From positions 102,300,001-102,364,000 of the forward strand of contig OZ260662.1 in NCBI GenBank assembly GCA_965285935.1: a stretch of DNA of 64,000 nt, in the 5' to 3' direction. The notes below the pieces were generated by a model. That model saw only the letters and a program-made list of their open reading frames with translations. It did not search any database and was not told the DNA's origin. Origin of the DNA: Ophelia neglecta (taxonomy: Eukaryota). Position numbers and translations under genes: made by a program. Shown here in pieces: positions 1 through 13,400 of the stretch; positions within the stretch are counted from its first letter, which is position 1; each line of letters starts with the position of its first letter.

Positions 1-166
1 TCTGCCCTTAACCAGTCTTAACCAGTCAGGAAGTGGTTACTCCTATTCTCAAATGTCACTGACTGTAATACAGTATTGCATTTAGCTTTGAAGCATAAAG
101 TATAAGACTCGCTTCGACCAAAACAATCAATATGATATGGATGCTATGAGGATCCAAAATAAATTA

Positions 167-334
167 CATTGAAACCTTCCATAAAGACCACCTCTATATT
201 CAGACCACCTGTCAATTCAGACCACTAATGTGAATGACATAATGTAGTGATAAATAACCTGTCTAAACAGACCACCTCCATAATCAGACCATTGAATTTC
301 ATTCCTTGGAGTTCTTAATTGCCAGGTTTCACTG
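167..334 (+). mobile_element. MITE family A (Tc1/mariner-type, TIR CAGTGAAACCTG, TA target), degenerate copy
   Basis: Shares internal GACCACCT repeats and termini with about 10 other copies in the window. Confidence 0.8.
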
Positions 335-441
335 TGCTGTCTGTATCTGGCTTTCTCTAGTTTAACAACTGTCGCAAGGTGCTGCTTAGCTACCTTCAAC
401 TTTATATACACCAATGTGTTCACTGACTGGAGGGTCCAGTC

Positions 442-860
442 GAATCTGTGAATTAAGGGCACACATCAGACTGAATATATTTGCCCTTAATTTGCAGATG
501 CCCTTAATTTCAAGACTTGCCCCTTCTTCAACTAAATTATTAGTCAATCAACAAGTTAGTCATTAGTACACATAATCACAGAGTATGACCTCCTGTGAGG
601 TGAAATTATAAGTGCAGTTATTGAGTACACATATTCATCTAAATTGACAACAAATCAAATTGCAATCTGAAAATTTGATCTACCCATTTGGTTGTCTGTC
701 ACTGGTGGTTTAACTCCTTCTTTTTGTCTTCACTATAAAAACCTCCATAATCTACACCTCAGAGCTTGGTTGCCCTTAATTCAGGGAGTTTTAGGAGGTC
801 AAGGGGCCAAAAGTTTTGCCCTTAATTCTGAATTCATAGATGTTTTTAATTCACAGATTC
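442..860. mobile_element. Non-autonomous TIR element with internal GCCCTTAATT repeats
   Basis: Perfect 15-bp inverted repeat GAATCTGTGAATTAA (442-456) / TTAATTCACAGATTC (846-860). Confidence 0.6.
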
Positions 861-885
861 CCACAAGAACAGATTAGACTATATA

Positions 886-1063
886 CAGTGAAACCTGCCT
901 TAAAGACCACCTCTGTAATCAGACCACTTGTCTATTCTTATCACTAATATGAGGATCATGCTGTATACTTTCAATGCTAAATAACTGATTTAAACAGACC
1001 ACCTTCAAAATCAGGCCAGTATTTTCCAGTCCCTTGGGTGGTCTTAATTCACAGGTTTCACTG
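886..1063 (+). mobile_element. MITE family A, full length
   Basis: TA-CAGTGAAACCTG...CAGGTTTCACTG-TA. Confidence 0.9.
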
Positions 1064-1079
1064 TATATATATAATTAAT

Positions 1080-1223
1080 ACCACCAACTTGCAATTTGGA
1101 CCACTAATCTGAAGAACACACTGTATACTTTCTTTGTTTAAGAACCTGTGAAAACAGACCACCTCCATAGTCAGTCCAGTATATTCCAGTCACGTGGGTG
1201 GTCTCAATTGACCGGTTTCACTG
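1080..1223 (+). mobile_element. MITE family A, 5'-truncated
   Basis: Right half of the element ending GGTTTCACTG. Confidence 0.7.
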
Positions 1224-1250
1224 TTCACGGTGTCCTTCTTCACTTTTCAG

Positions 1251-1459
1251 CCTCCACGCCAGCCTTATCTGCTGTCTGGGTTTGGTATGCCTTGCCACGG
1301 GTGTCTACAGTCAGTTCAGCGGGGAGACGGAGGTGAACATCAAGGTGTTTGCTCCCGCTCGCTTCCTCAAGTATAAACCTGAAGTTTATGTCAGCGCCAA
1401 CAAACAGTTCGATGTGAGAACTAAGTTTGAACTACTAAGTCTCTCCGTCGACAAGTTTG
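1251..1459 (+). CDS. Exon 1 in window: signal-peptide-like segment and N-terminal region ([25 protein letters not shown]...DKF)
   Basis: Acceptor cacttttcag, donor G|GTGAGT; hydrophobic stretch ending VYS-Q; phase 2 in, phase 1 out. Confidence 0.8.
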
Positions 1460-4400
1460 GTGAGTGGTCAACTTCTTTTCATACTACTCAGCTTTGTGCC
1501 ACTTTACTGGCATACAAGATTGGTTACTACTTGCACTAAGCCTGTGCTAACTAACATTCATATTGCAAGGAATGCTTTTTCATATGATTTGCGCAGTGGC
1601 TGTAAATTTATCTCTTTTTGTTCATTGTTGAGTTAAGCTAATGGCCAAATCACTGATGACCTTTTTAAGTAAAACAGCACCTGCCTTGTGGATGAATACA
1701 GTTTAGAGGATAATAGAGCAGCTAGTATAGCCAAAGAAATGATAATTTAGTCCCATACATTTTCTACATGTTTTATTTCAAGAAGTATGTACATGTATTT
1801 TATTACTACATGTTCTGTTTCAGTTGTTGAGGATCCGATCCTGAAGGATTTCAATGTAGACCTTTGTCGTACCAGTAGCTGCACCCAGGGTTGTGATCCT
1901 AACTCTGGAGCTTGTATCTGTCGGGAGGGCTACAGGCTGGTCAGTGAGAACAAGTGTGAAGGTATGTGTAGAAATTTTGTTTTAATTTTCTTTTCTGTGG
2001 TTTTAATGAAAAATGATCAATTTGATGGCAGGTGTTCATGAGGTGAAATTGTAAAATTTATCACCTCATTGAAAAAAAATTGGAAGTATGACAATATCGG
2101 ACCGTCGATAATGAAAATTGCCACGAAAAGTAATAACCTACCATTGTAGAGGGTGCAGTTGCAAAGTTGAGGTCTGACCTTTATTGTAGAAATTGACCAA
2201 TTACATACACCTGTCAGCTTACCTGTTACACCAGGGGTGGAGTTCTGGAAGGGTGGAGACTTCAATTTTTGGACTTAAGCCAATAAACAACCATTGGTTT
2301 CTCACACGTTCTCTATGGCTCAACTCTAAAACAAGGTCCGAGCACAAAACCCTTTGTTATTTTCTCTTGTCAGAAATTTAAGTCTGCAACCCTCAGGAAC
2401 TCCTGCCCAGGTATTCCCCCTGTTAAAGGTGGAGCATAAACTCTATTATGGCATTTGTTTTACACCTCAGGCTTATCACTATTTTGCTTTTTTCTGTAAT
2501 TAAAATACTATTTTATGGCATGGCTCGGATTTCTTATGCCAGTTAGTAAGTTTTTGCCATTTGCTTCCATGTGATAGAAAGAGACCCATTAGTATAATTT
2601 AGGATGGGGGTGGTCCACACAGTTTTGAAAATGGTGGTCATTATGATTGTAATTCCTCAAAAAGTATATGCATTTGATAGAATTTTTTCAAAAAAGCTAC
2701 CCCTTTAATAGAAAAGCTACCCTTTTCTAAAAATGTAGGCTTTAGATAGACAGAAAATCATCAGAAAAGCTTCTCTTTTGTCATTTATACCGGTAGCTAG
2801 TTTTTACAATCTCACAGTGTGGTCTATATTATTTCAAAGAAAAAGTTGGAGCCTTTTGATAGACATATGAATGTGGTGACCCATTTGATAGCATCATTAT
2901 GAAAAGGGCCCATTTGATGGAGAAAAAAACATGAAATTCAAATACCCCCAACCCCCTCTATGTATACATGTTTCAGGAGAATTGTGAAAATAATTCACCG
3001 GGTGCCTCTATTTATTTAAGTCTTATATTATGAAAAACATGTATACAGTGGTCCCTGCGATGTAGGGACACCTGCGATGGCTGGACAGTTTTGAATTCCC
3101 ATGTCCTATCTTTTCCATGTTAAAGTACCTTTGATGAAGGGCCACCTGCAATGTAGGGCCACTTTCCCTGGGATTTAGGGGTGGCCCTACATCGCAGGGA
3201 CCACTGTATACATATATATGCATATTTTTGGTTAAACCATCAAATTGAATGATGTTTTATCATTGGTTTAGATATAGACGAGTGTCGACCACACCAGGTG
3301 GCGCCATGCCCCACTCACGCCCAGTGCTCCAATACCTTCGGTTCCTACCACTGTGTCTGTATGGAGGGATTCTATGGCAATGGAGCTCACTGTGAAGGTT
3401 AGTTTACCGCTACAAATATGGATTAATCTATAGGGCTAACCTAACTTTCCTTCATTTAAACCTATTTTATATGCACTACAATAATTATTATGAATTTTGT
3501 ATAAGACAAACCATATGATTTTTGCAGTAATCTTGTTGGATAGCAAAACAAAAGATATTTTCTGAATGAAATGTGAATTGAATTGATTGGGTAAAAGAAC
3601 TGTTCCCACATCTTTCACTAACAGTGTGCAAATTTCTCTTATAGTTAATTGACCCTATTATTGCTTACTTAAACCTCAATCCTCCTAAATTTGATCGCCT
3701 ATTGTTTCTGTCAGTAATACAGATTTGATAGGGTCAACCACCAGTCAATTGGGTATAAGTAGTAATGATTCCTGAATACCAGCAGTACCTGGTAAGCAGG
3801 CAGACCATAAAACTACTTAAATATTGAAGTAGTAAAGGCAGTGCTAAAACAGCATCTTGGTATTGTCTGGAGTGAGAGGGCTGGTTGAAGTAGTGTCTTC
3901 ACGTTTGTCTCCTGATCAAAGGCAGGAGTTTAATCCTCTTGGATAAACAAGTTCTTTGCTGTTGATTGCTTCACCATACTCGGGTACAAATTGGGTAGTG
4001 TTGAGGACAAATGATACTGCAATTGTCAAATGTGCCATAGAAGATCCAGTGGAATTAACATCTCATTGGTGAACTCGCTGTGTGCTTACCAGGGAGTCAA
4101 GATAGCTAATGAATGAGTCTTATGAAAGGGGGGGAGGGGGTGGGGGTGGGGTAATACATATATGTTTAGTTGTGAGGGCCTGCTTGCCTGGAACAAGACT
4201 TAAAACCAGAACCTTTTTAATTGTCGGCTTATAAATAGGCAATATTTACCCTGTTGACTGTTAAAAGCTGTTGGGAGAGAGGCTGAGATTTCCAGAGCCT
4301 TGGAAACTAGTAGGGTCATACTAACATACTAACATGTCATCTCAATGGCTGAAGAGTTTACCAAACTCACATCTCAATGGCTGTGGAGTTTATCAAACAT

Positions 4401-7400
4401 GTCAACTTAATGGCTGGGGAGTTTTTCAAGGTTCCCAAGAATTCCATTTTAAGTCATTTATAAGTGTACATGTACTTACAGTAGCCATTTTTTTAACACT
4501 ATTTATTTTGACGGAGTCCAAGCATAAGTTCTTTTTAAGTTCAGTTATGCATAAGGCTTTCTATAATTGCAGATAATGCATTAAAACTGCCTATTGTATT
4601 ATTTTAACACTACTATTTCTACTACATTTCTTGTATATAATATGACATAGACAACAGACAAGACTATTCCATTTCAGTTAATAGATATTTTATTCTAAAT
4701 ATCACAAGTATTTGTTTCACTCCACAATATATAATTCCATTATCTATAAGACTTCTGGTAAGTCCTTTCTAAATATACTTAGACAGAACTTTTCTTTTCC
4801 AAATAGATCTCTTATAGGTATACTTATAAAGGACTTATTGTAAGTCCCTTCTAAATATACCTAGAAAGAACATCCCAGTTATAGAATTATTGCCTAATCT
4901 TATTACCTACTGTCTATTCTGAACACAGAGGACTGGAGAATATATTATTTAAAACTTTGACTAACATTGAGGGGCTTAAAACCCCAATTTAGAGTCCTGA
5001 TCCTTGAGAATCATCCTTAATGGTTAATGACTCATTTAAAAAATAAATCTCACTGAAGGTCTTCATGTATTCTGTCTACCTTAAGAAGGCCAACTCAATA
5101 TAAACTGTTCTTATTTTGTGCCTTGTGTCTTATAAACATGGGAGCTAGACTACTCCCTTAAGATGCCATTTATTTCGTACAAAAATATTGTATTGATAAA
5201 ACCAAGAAAATATCCATTTTTTGCTGTCTGATGAGGGAAACTCGGTGCTTAGTGAGGAAACTCTCCGAGCTAGTCCACTTCCCCGGCTGAAGAGATTGGA
5301 AATGATTGGGCTCCCTATCAGCCGAGAGCTCTCCATCGGCAGTGAAACGACATTCCTCTATGGCAGGGTGAAAAATGTCTCTCCTGCTAAGATCAATAGA
5401 GAGAACAAAAAACAGCCTATGCTGGCTCGCATGCATTATTTTACATATTTTTGTGAATGATTAGTACTTCAAACAGAAGAAATTGCATGTTTTCTGAGCT
5501 TGAGGCTGCTGATAATAGCTAAATTGATCTAATTCATATTCATCTGCAAAATAGGATGATATATGAGGATATTGCTTCTAGCTCTGTGATGGGTGGAATT
5601 GATCACTCAAAACTATAACTCTGGCTTGGGATGTGAAGGTTATACATCACGGGGGACTTGCAGCGTCATGCAAATAAACATTCCCAAAGAAAGCTATCAC
5701 TCGTAGTTTGACTCTTCAGGACGCCAATGGAATGTTTTATTGGGTCCCACAAGTCTTTAAGATGTGCTTATATTAAGATAAATTGGCACACTGTTTCTCG
5801 TTGAGCTTGATAAAAACCCATTCCATACTACTTGGCTCATAACCTTGGACAGGGCAGCAATTTGGATACCAGAGTTTCAATTCTCTTGTCAACATCAGAC
5901 AAGGAGGCACACAGTCTTGCATGAATTAGGAGCCTTATACACTTATCATAGGCTAGTGAACAATACACTGAAATAGTCCATGAGTTAGGGAACAAAACCC
6001 TAGCTTGGTCTTTATGCTATTGAAAAACACATTAGTTTACATGCTAGTGAACAATACAGTAGTATGGCACAAATGCTAGTGAACACTAATATTGTTTATA
6101 TGCTTATGGGAAAAAAATTAATATAGTACGAATGTTAGTGAACAATAAACTTTTATAGTCCATGCTCTATGGAACAAAACGCTAGTCCATATGCAGTAAA
6201 AAGGGAATGTATGCATTTATTTTTTCAATATCAATAAAAGGAAGTGTACATTTACTCTTTAAAATAACTTTTGTGTTAAGTGTGTTGGTTCAGTAAATTT
6301 GTTTGGAATTTAATTTGGAAGCAAGTGTAACCTTTTCACATGTTTCTAAAGCATACACATTCCTATTCTTATAGTGTTTGGCATAGGACTTGGATATTTT
6401 TTATCAAGAACAAGATAGGGAGGTGGAGGTATGAGATGGAACAAAATATTATGTATTCACTTTTTTTGCATTCATTTAAGGTTTTTTAAATGAAAATTTG
6501 TTAAGTCTTTTTTGTGCCTCTGCTGCTATTGGCTGTGCTGCAGGCCTTTTATTTGTTTGATGATACAGTGTCAGACCATCACTGCATCCTACGGTTGTTC
6601 TGTTCATCCTATAATTCATCACACAGGGTCATTCCACCTGTCCACCGATCCTTCAGTCCAATCTTTCCTTGGCCACAAACCATAAACTGGTTAAACTGCT
6701 GGTACATACAACAGTAGTGAAGCCAATGTCAGTAGATGACATCTGAGTGATGCTGGGCAACATCAAAAAAAGAAGATGCTGCCACAGGAATCTCGTTTTT
6801 CTTACCAACACAAGCTTTAACAGGCAATTGAATTTACTTACTCAATAATGTACAAAAATAATAAACGAAAAATGTAGATTTAAGCTTTTTTCTTTCCTAG
6901 TGCAATTAAGTAAAACTGTTTTGCATGTGCATTATTATCATTATTGTCTTGACTCCATAAACTCACATACTTAAAATGCATTAAAAAATTAATTACATCA
7001 ATAATTAATGCTTTGTTCCCTGACTGCACCGTCTGATGAAAATATGGCGAAAGAATCGTTGCAGTTCATGTATCTGCCAGCTATTATACAGCACAAATGT
7101 TGTGCTTACATTGTTTGATGGGATTGAAGGACTAGTATGGTCTGTTATCACATGACTGGGAGGGTTATCAGCACCATTTTGCATGCTAATGATATTGACG
7201 TGCTTGTGTCAGTCTTATTATTAAGTCTCACTTATCGTAATGTGTTACCAAATAGTTGGCTGGCAGTGTTTAGCCAACGATGGAAAGCCACGCCGCTTCC
7301 CAGAAGGACTGACATCATACAGTACAACCCTTGATGTGTTCTCTTGTGAGTTTAGCAGTATTTTGGTTACAAAATGGCTCGGAGTCTTCTATGATAATTC

Positions 7401-10400
7401 TATGTGATAATCCAAATATCACATGGTAATTTCATAGCCGCACTCGTACTGCACCCAAATGGCCATATCAGCACTACTCCTTCAGACACATGCTGATATG
7501 GCCCTGATATGGCACAAGTATTTTCACTTTTACACAAATTGAGACTAGCAGCTCACCCAGGCTTGATAGTCACTTCTTACATTGGATATTGCAAAGCCTT
7601 CCTCACATGAGGGATGAACACCATAGAGAAACAGACAGAAAAAAAGGGAAAACAGCCAGTCCATAATTTGACAGACTCACAAAGTACAGTGAAACCTGTG
7701 AATTAAGACCAGCCAAGGGACTGGAAAATACTGGTCTGATTTTGGAGGTGGTCTGTTTAGACAGGTTATTTAACATTGAAAGTAATTAGCATGGTTCTCA
7801 TATTAGCGGTCTGAACCAACACACAAAGTAATCTGTTATGAAATACCGGTAACCATGAATATCAAGATAACTGTTGTTATGATACAGAGTGTCATAAGAG
7901 TGTCAGAGTGTCAGATAAACCAATTTGGTGTTAAGCCCTAGGTTTAAAAAATCTGAGCATAGGAAAAAGTATTTTGTCTTTCTTGGTATTTAGGCCTTAG
8001 AGCTAAACAAATATTAGTTTACAAGTACATGTACATGTAAGAAAATTTGAATCATTGCATTGAATCAACATTAATTTCTTTAGGAAGCATTTTATAAACA
8101 CATTGATTGTATAAAAATATATCAGCGCTAAAGGGGAAAAACATTGTCGAAATTGTTGCAGTCCACCGAGGAAACCCTCAGCACTATGCCACTTCTCATG
8201 CTGAAGAGATCGGAAGTGATTTTCCGCTCCCAATTTGCAGCCGAGTGCTCTCCACCACAAATGGAATGCAATTTGTCACAGTGAACAATTTCTCTCCAGC
8301 TGAGATCAATGGAAAGCAAAAGAAAAACAGCCTTATGTTGGCAGGCATGCAAAACTGCATTTTTTACTATTATTAATTCTGCAAACAGAGGAAATACTTT
8401 GAGCCTTCCCATGCATTATAATAGTGAAATAAAAATCAGAGTTTTCCAGTAGGGTATATTGTATTTCTTGTACAAAAGCTGTGATAGATTAACAAGCCAC
8501 CTATAAATAGTGTGCTTGAAGTTCTCATGTTTCAAGAAAGTCAGAATTGGTCTTACTAGCGCTTAGAAAAATATATTGCTATGGTTAACTCTCTCAACGT
8601 CATATTCAGAATGCTATAGTGGCAAATGTGCGACTAACACTTTTTATGGCATCTATTATTTCATTTCCATTGTTTCCCTTGAACTTTCCATAGTAAACCT
8701 ATTTCTGACAGCAAAAGAAATTGCCGACGTCATTTGAATATGATATTCCTTAACAGCCACACTATACCAAAGTGCATTGAGCCACACAATACCACACCAG
8801 ACGGCACTGGACGGCTGGTCCCAAAAGGTTCACCATTTGACCCCATTTAACCCCATTTGACACAAACTTGTCCATGTTTCTTATGTAATGTAAAAAATGG
8901 AAGCATTTAATCCCATTGATTTACACTGAAACCTGCCTTAAAGACCACCTCTATATTCAGACCACCTGGAAATTAAGACGACTTATTTGAATACCCTACT
9001 GCATAGGTTCAATGTAAAATAACCTGTCTAAACAGACCACCTTCATGATCAGACCAGTATTTTCCAGTCCCTTGGGTGGTCTCAATTCACAGGTTTCACT
9101 GTATATTATTGTATTCACAGCTCCAATGATTCTGCCAGGGAATTGACCAGGCATGGCAGATTTTAAAAGTTCACATATTGAAATCGAATGTAGGTGATAC
9201 AAAACTGAACATCACAAAATCAGCTCATTTTCAGTGAATTTTGGCACTCGTTGCCATGATAAACTGGAATTGCCCAACCACTAATCACATTTCACCCAAA
9301 TCTAGATGAAAATGGTTGTTAATTTTTACCAGGTGGAGTTTTATTACAATATTGTCCATTATATTTACAGATAAATTGGCACATCTCAAAACTGTTTTTC
9401 ATTGTATATTTTCAAAACAATCTGGCTCTGTGTCAACATAATGAGAAATAATTTAGCATTGTAAGTGTTCACAATTTTTGTCTATTTACAATAATAAGCA
9501 ACTTGTCAAGTATGGAACAAATAAAAAAAACCTGTAGCATCTCCTTTTAGGTTTCTACAATACACTGTGAAGAGTTTTTAAATTTGTACAAAAGGTTGTT
9601 TTTATTTTTGTTTTCCAACTTGTAGGGGATTTACTGCCAGCTTAGTTCTTTTGCATAAAGAAGAAATACCTTGTCTTATTTCAAGATATATCTGAGGCAG
9701 GCAGGCTGCAGGGCCACAGCACTATCTCAGCATTCACAGGAGACTCACAGCAGGCACACAGCAGACTTGCAACAGGCTCATTGCAAGCTCACAGCAGGCA
9801 CACGGCAAGCTCACAGCAGGCTCATATAATTGATACATTAAGTTTGAAATTTGCAAAAGAATCGAGTCATTGTCCTTGCCAGTCATGTTTCGCTGATCCC
9901 ATAAGTGTGGTTTGGCAGAAGCCCTGGCTAGAACACTAGTTTTCAGGTGATATAATCAGGCATTTGACCAATCGCTTCATAGCAGCAACTTATGATGCAG
10001 ATGGACTTGGCATAGTGAATAGTGCTAGGGGATTTCCACAGTCCCCATATTTCTTAGATAAGGGTATAAAAGTGTCTATAGAGAGGAGATACTGATGAAA
10101 GAAGTTGCTCTGGTCTAGTCCCCCCCCCCCCCCCCCCCCCCGCATGCAGCAGAATGGCAGCTGTAGCAGAGGGGACTCCAGCAGACAAGCTAAGGAACCG
10201 GAACCACTTCGAGCCATAATGCTGGATGGCCAGTTGTATGATTGGCTGCCATACCGATGGGGTGCCAGCAGCACTAACTGCTTCCAAACAAGTTGGGCCA
10301 TTAGATTCTGCCCTATTTTCAGCAGACACACCAGCAGAACGTTTGGTAGGCAGGCCAGAGGTAGCTGGGGTCACAGAAGCTACTGCTGGAATGTCAGTTG

Positions 10401-13400
10401 TTGCATCCGAAGTCCAGCTGCCCTGCTGGCACCAAGCATGATATATACCTGAGTCACTTGCCTTTTGGAAAATAACTTAAGTCTACAACATCCCAGAAAA
10501 AAGGGCATGCAAATCTTCATATAGTTATTTCATGTTGTTCCATGCACCCCATAGTAAAAACAGGAAGTGGGCTCTTCAAATATGCATTCCATTGCCCTAC
10601 CCCCTAGACCATGGCATTAAGCCATATTAAACATTCCACTTAGAAGACTGGCATAAATCTGACCATGTCTCATTTTGATGTGCCAAATACAGCTGATATT
10701 AGACATACATTGAACTGTGCATGCCGTGGATAAGAAGACTAGAGCTAGCAATTAATCATCCTTGATAGAAAGAAATGTTTAACCTAAAAAGCATGCTGAC
10801 AGTCAGGTTTGTTTTTACCGAGTATTGCAATGGACTAGCCGTGAGAAGGTTCTGTGTCTGGACTCACTGAACATGACAGGCTAGTCTAGACTTGGACTTA
10901 TACATGGATTTCTTGTGACTTCTGAATTCCTTGGTGATTCGCATATGAGACAGTTTAAATTATAAATTTGACAGTATGTACCACTGGCTGTTTTGAGACA
11001 GCAGGCAAGTCTCCTTCAATACTTCATTCACACTTTTCAATTTGAAGGTGTACATAAATGCAGAAAGTAAAGCTACTTGTATAAAAGATATTGCCTTTCA
11101 TAAAGAGAATGTATATCTAGTGCAAGAATAAAAATATCAGATTAAGTTCAAAAGGAAACTTATCTTTTATTAGTTTTGATCCAAGTTAGTGGTAGAAGAA
11201 AGATGATAAATGTTATTTAGAGTGGCGGTTTGGTACATCAGAGCCAGAAGAACACACAGGCCCAGTCCATCATGCCTAGCAGCCCTTCGGGAGAGAGATA
11301 TAGGCACCCCTAATTGATCTGTGGCTGACAACAGCTTTATCGCTCATGTACACATAAGACCTAGATCAATTTATAACCCTTTTTTGGATGAAGCAAAATA
11401 TCATAAAAGATTCAGCTTTAATGTCCGATACTCAGGTTAAGGATGCCACAAAAATTTGCCTCAATGGCACTGAGTTGATTAGTACATATATGAGATGGAT
11501 GTACAGTGTAAAGAACTCCCTTGATGTGATTTATAAATCAGCCAGGGATTATGCATTTTTTTTAAGTTCCTTGCCTTATGTGAGTTTTTTGTTTTGAGAT
11601 GAAGCCCCATAGCTTTCATAATAATTTACTTCTCTATTTGGAATACCCCCTAGTTGGTGAAATGAAAAAAAAAGGCTTAACAGACGTATTTCAGCCAGAT
11701 GGTGATTAGATGTTTTAATGTGTAATCAGTCTGTACTGTAAGAAGATGTACTGGAAAGGTATTAATTTAATTACAGGTTGCTTCCTAAGGATTATGTGAG
11801 ATTTGCAATCATTATTTACACACTTTCTAATCTTGTTTGGTCACATTTAGGCCCTTCAGTCCTGGAAAAATGTCCCAGCATTTTTCACGGGAAACCTAGG
11901 ACCTTCTCGGATTGTGTATGCCAAGCCAGTATACTAGTGTATCCATTAAACTCCATATGTTCTTAATTAAATTTTTTATCCCGCACAAGCTAGAGTGCAT
12001 AGATTATCAATATGTTCTGAGTATGTGAGTGTACCTTGAAAACAGAAACAGAACTTATCAGAACACCCTTTGATACAGGCTCTAAATGCTAAACTCCAAA
12101 TTCACAAGTTTACCATAAATCAATGCTTACCCAAATGCATGCTTATCATGTACGCATGATTTATTTGCTATTTTGCTGGTGTCTCCGTTGCATATTTGGC
12201 ATTTTTTCCACATGGAATTTGTGCTAGAGTCTATGAATTGAGCATGACACTTTATGGTTCTATGTCAATGCCAAAAATGAAGCACCTGGCCTGCCAGTTA
12301 ATATTTCCCGGACCTGTGTTGATAAATTACCAATCGCAAAACATCCATTAGATCCAAATATGGTCAAAATTGATGATAATGTATTGGATGAAATAACCAA
12401 CGTTTATTCCCGACTTCAGCCCCTGCTATACAACGATAATTCTTCTAAGTAACATTAGCACAGCTTGTACTGTAGAACTGTTTGCACACCCAACCATATC
12501 GCGAAGCTACCTAATCCTGATTTACACCCCAGTAGATATGTATTAATGCTTTCAGAACACAATCAATCACAGCAGACTGGAAAACCTATCACAGGGTCGA
12601 CTTTGGGGGAGACTTCCACAGTAATTCAAGCTACTAGATTTGTGCCTGATGTCACCAGCCTCAGGCTGAAGTGACCATTGAACATAGAAAGCTGTTACTT
12701 CTGGTAAAATACAAGTAACAAGGAGACTCATTTAGGCTTGACCGAACTCTACCTGTGATTCAGCATGGTTCTTCATATGTCATGATCCTCCTGATGACAA
12801 TAAGAAAGTTGCAGACGGCAGAATGAGTTAGGTCTCTCAAGGACACAATTAATATGTATTGGATGAAATAATCAATATTGTTTAATCCGACCTTTGTTCT
12901 AGTTCCACCATACTTTCTCATTGTTGTCACCTGTCAGTGTGTATTTACTTTATTGTTCATGTAAACAAGTGGTTAATTAGCAAAACAGAACACTTGCCAA
13001 AAAAGTTCACTAAGACCTTAAAGCCGTTCACTGGATTTGGATTTGGATTTTTGGGGCTTAACGACACATAGACACCATGTGGGTCATTTAGTGTCTTAAG
13101 TTCGGTATAGTTAATCGTTTATTGTCCTGTCTTTTTTTATTTACATGGGGATAATAGTAAGAAGTAAGCGGTTATTGAGCTCTATTTTATAAAAAATCTT
13201 CTAGGTGGATGAGTCAGATGTTTTTCTGACTAAAATGTGTTAGTAAAGGAAGGTAAAAGGTTTGTTGTTCAATAAATAGATAAAAGAAAGTTCCATAAAC
13301 TTTCGCACTTTGAAATTGGTTTCCACATTTAAGATCTACTACATTTTGTAGTAGAGGTCTATAGATTTTAAGAAATTAAGGATCTGCTGTGGGCAGACCT

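Noticed and set aside
1198-1250. ORF-track start (GTG) of the 113-aa ORF as the gene start
   Set aside because: It lies inside a MITE and upstream of a clear splice acceptor; no phase-compatible ATG exon was found in 1-1250
4128-4152. G-quadruplex-capable G-runs (also 42453-42475 and C-rich 24700-25330)
   Set aside because: Low-complexity runs are common in this DNA and nothing supports a function
6700-7100. Minus-strand HIFS-DG-like trace reminiscent of a Sola-type transposase
   Set aside because: Requires several frameshifts; too degenerate to call without a search
9990-10452. Overlapping ORFs with poly-Pro/poly-Gly
   Set aside because: Driven by a poly-C run in a GC-richer patch; no recognisable domain or splice sites joining it to a gene
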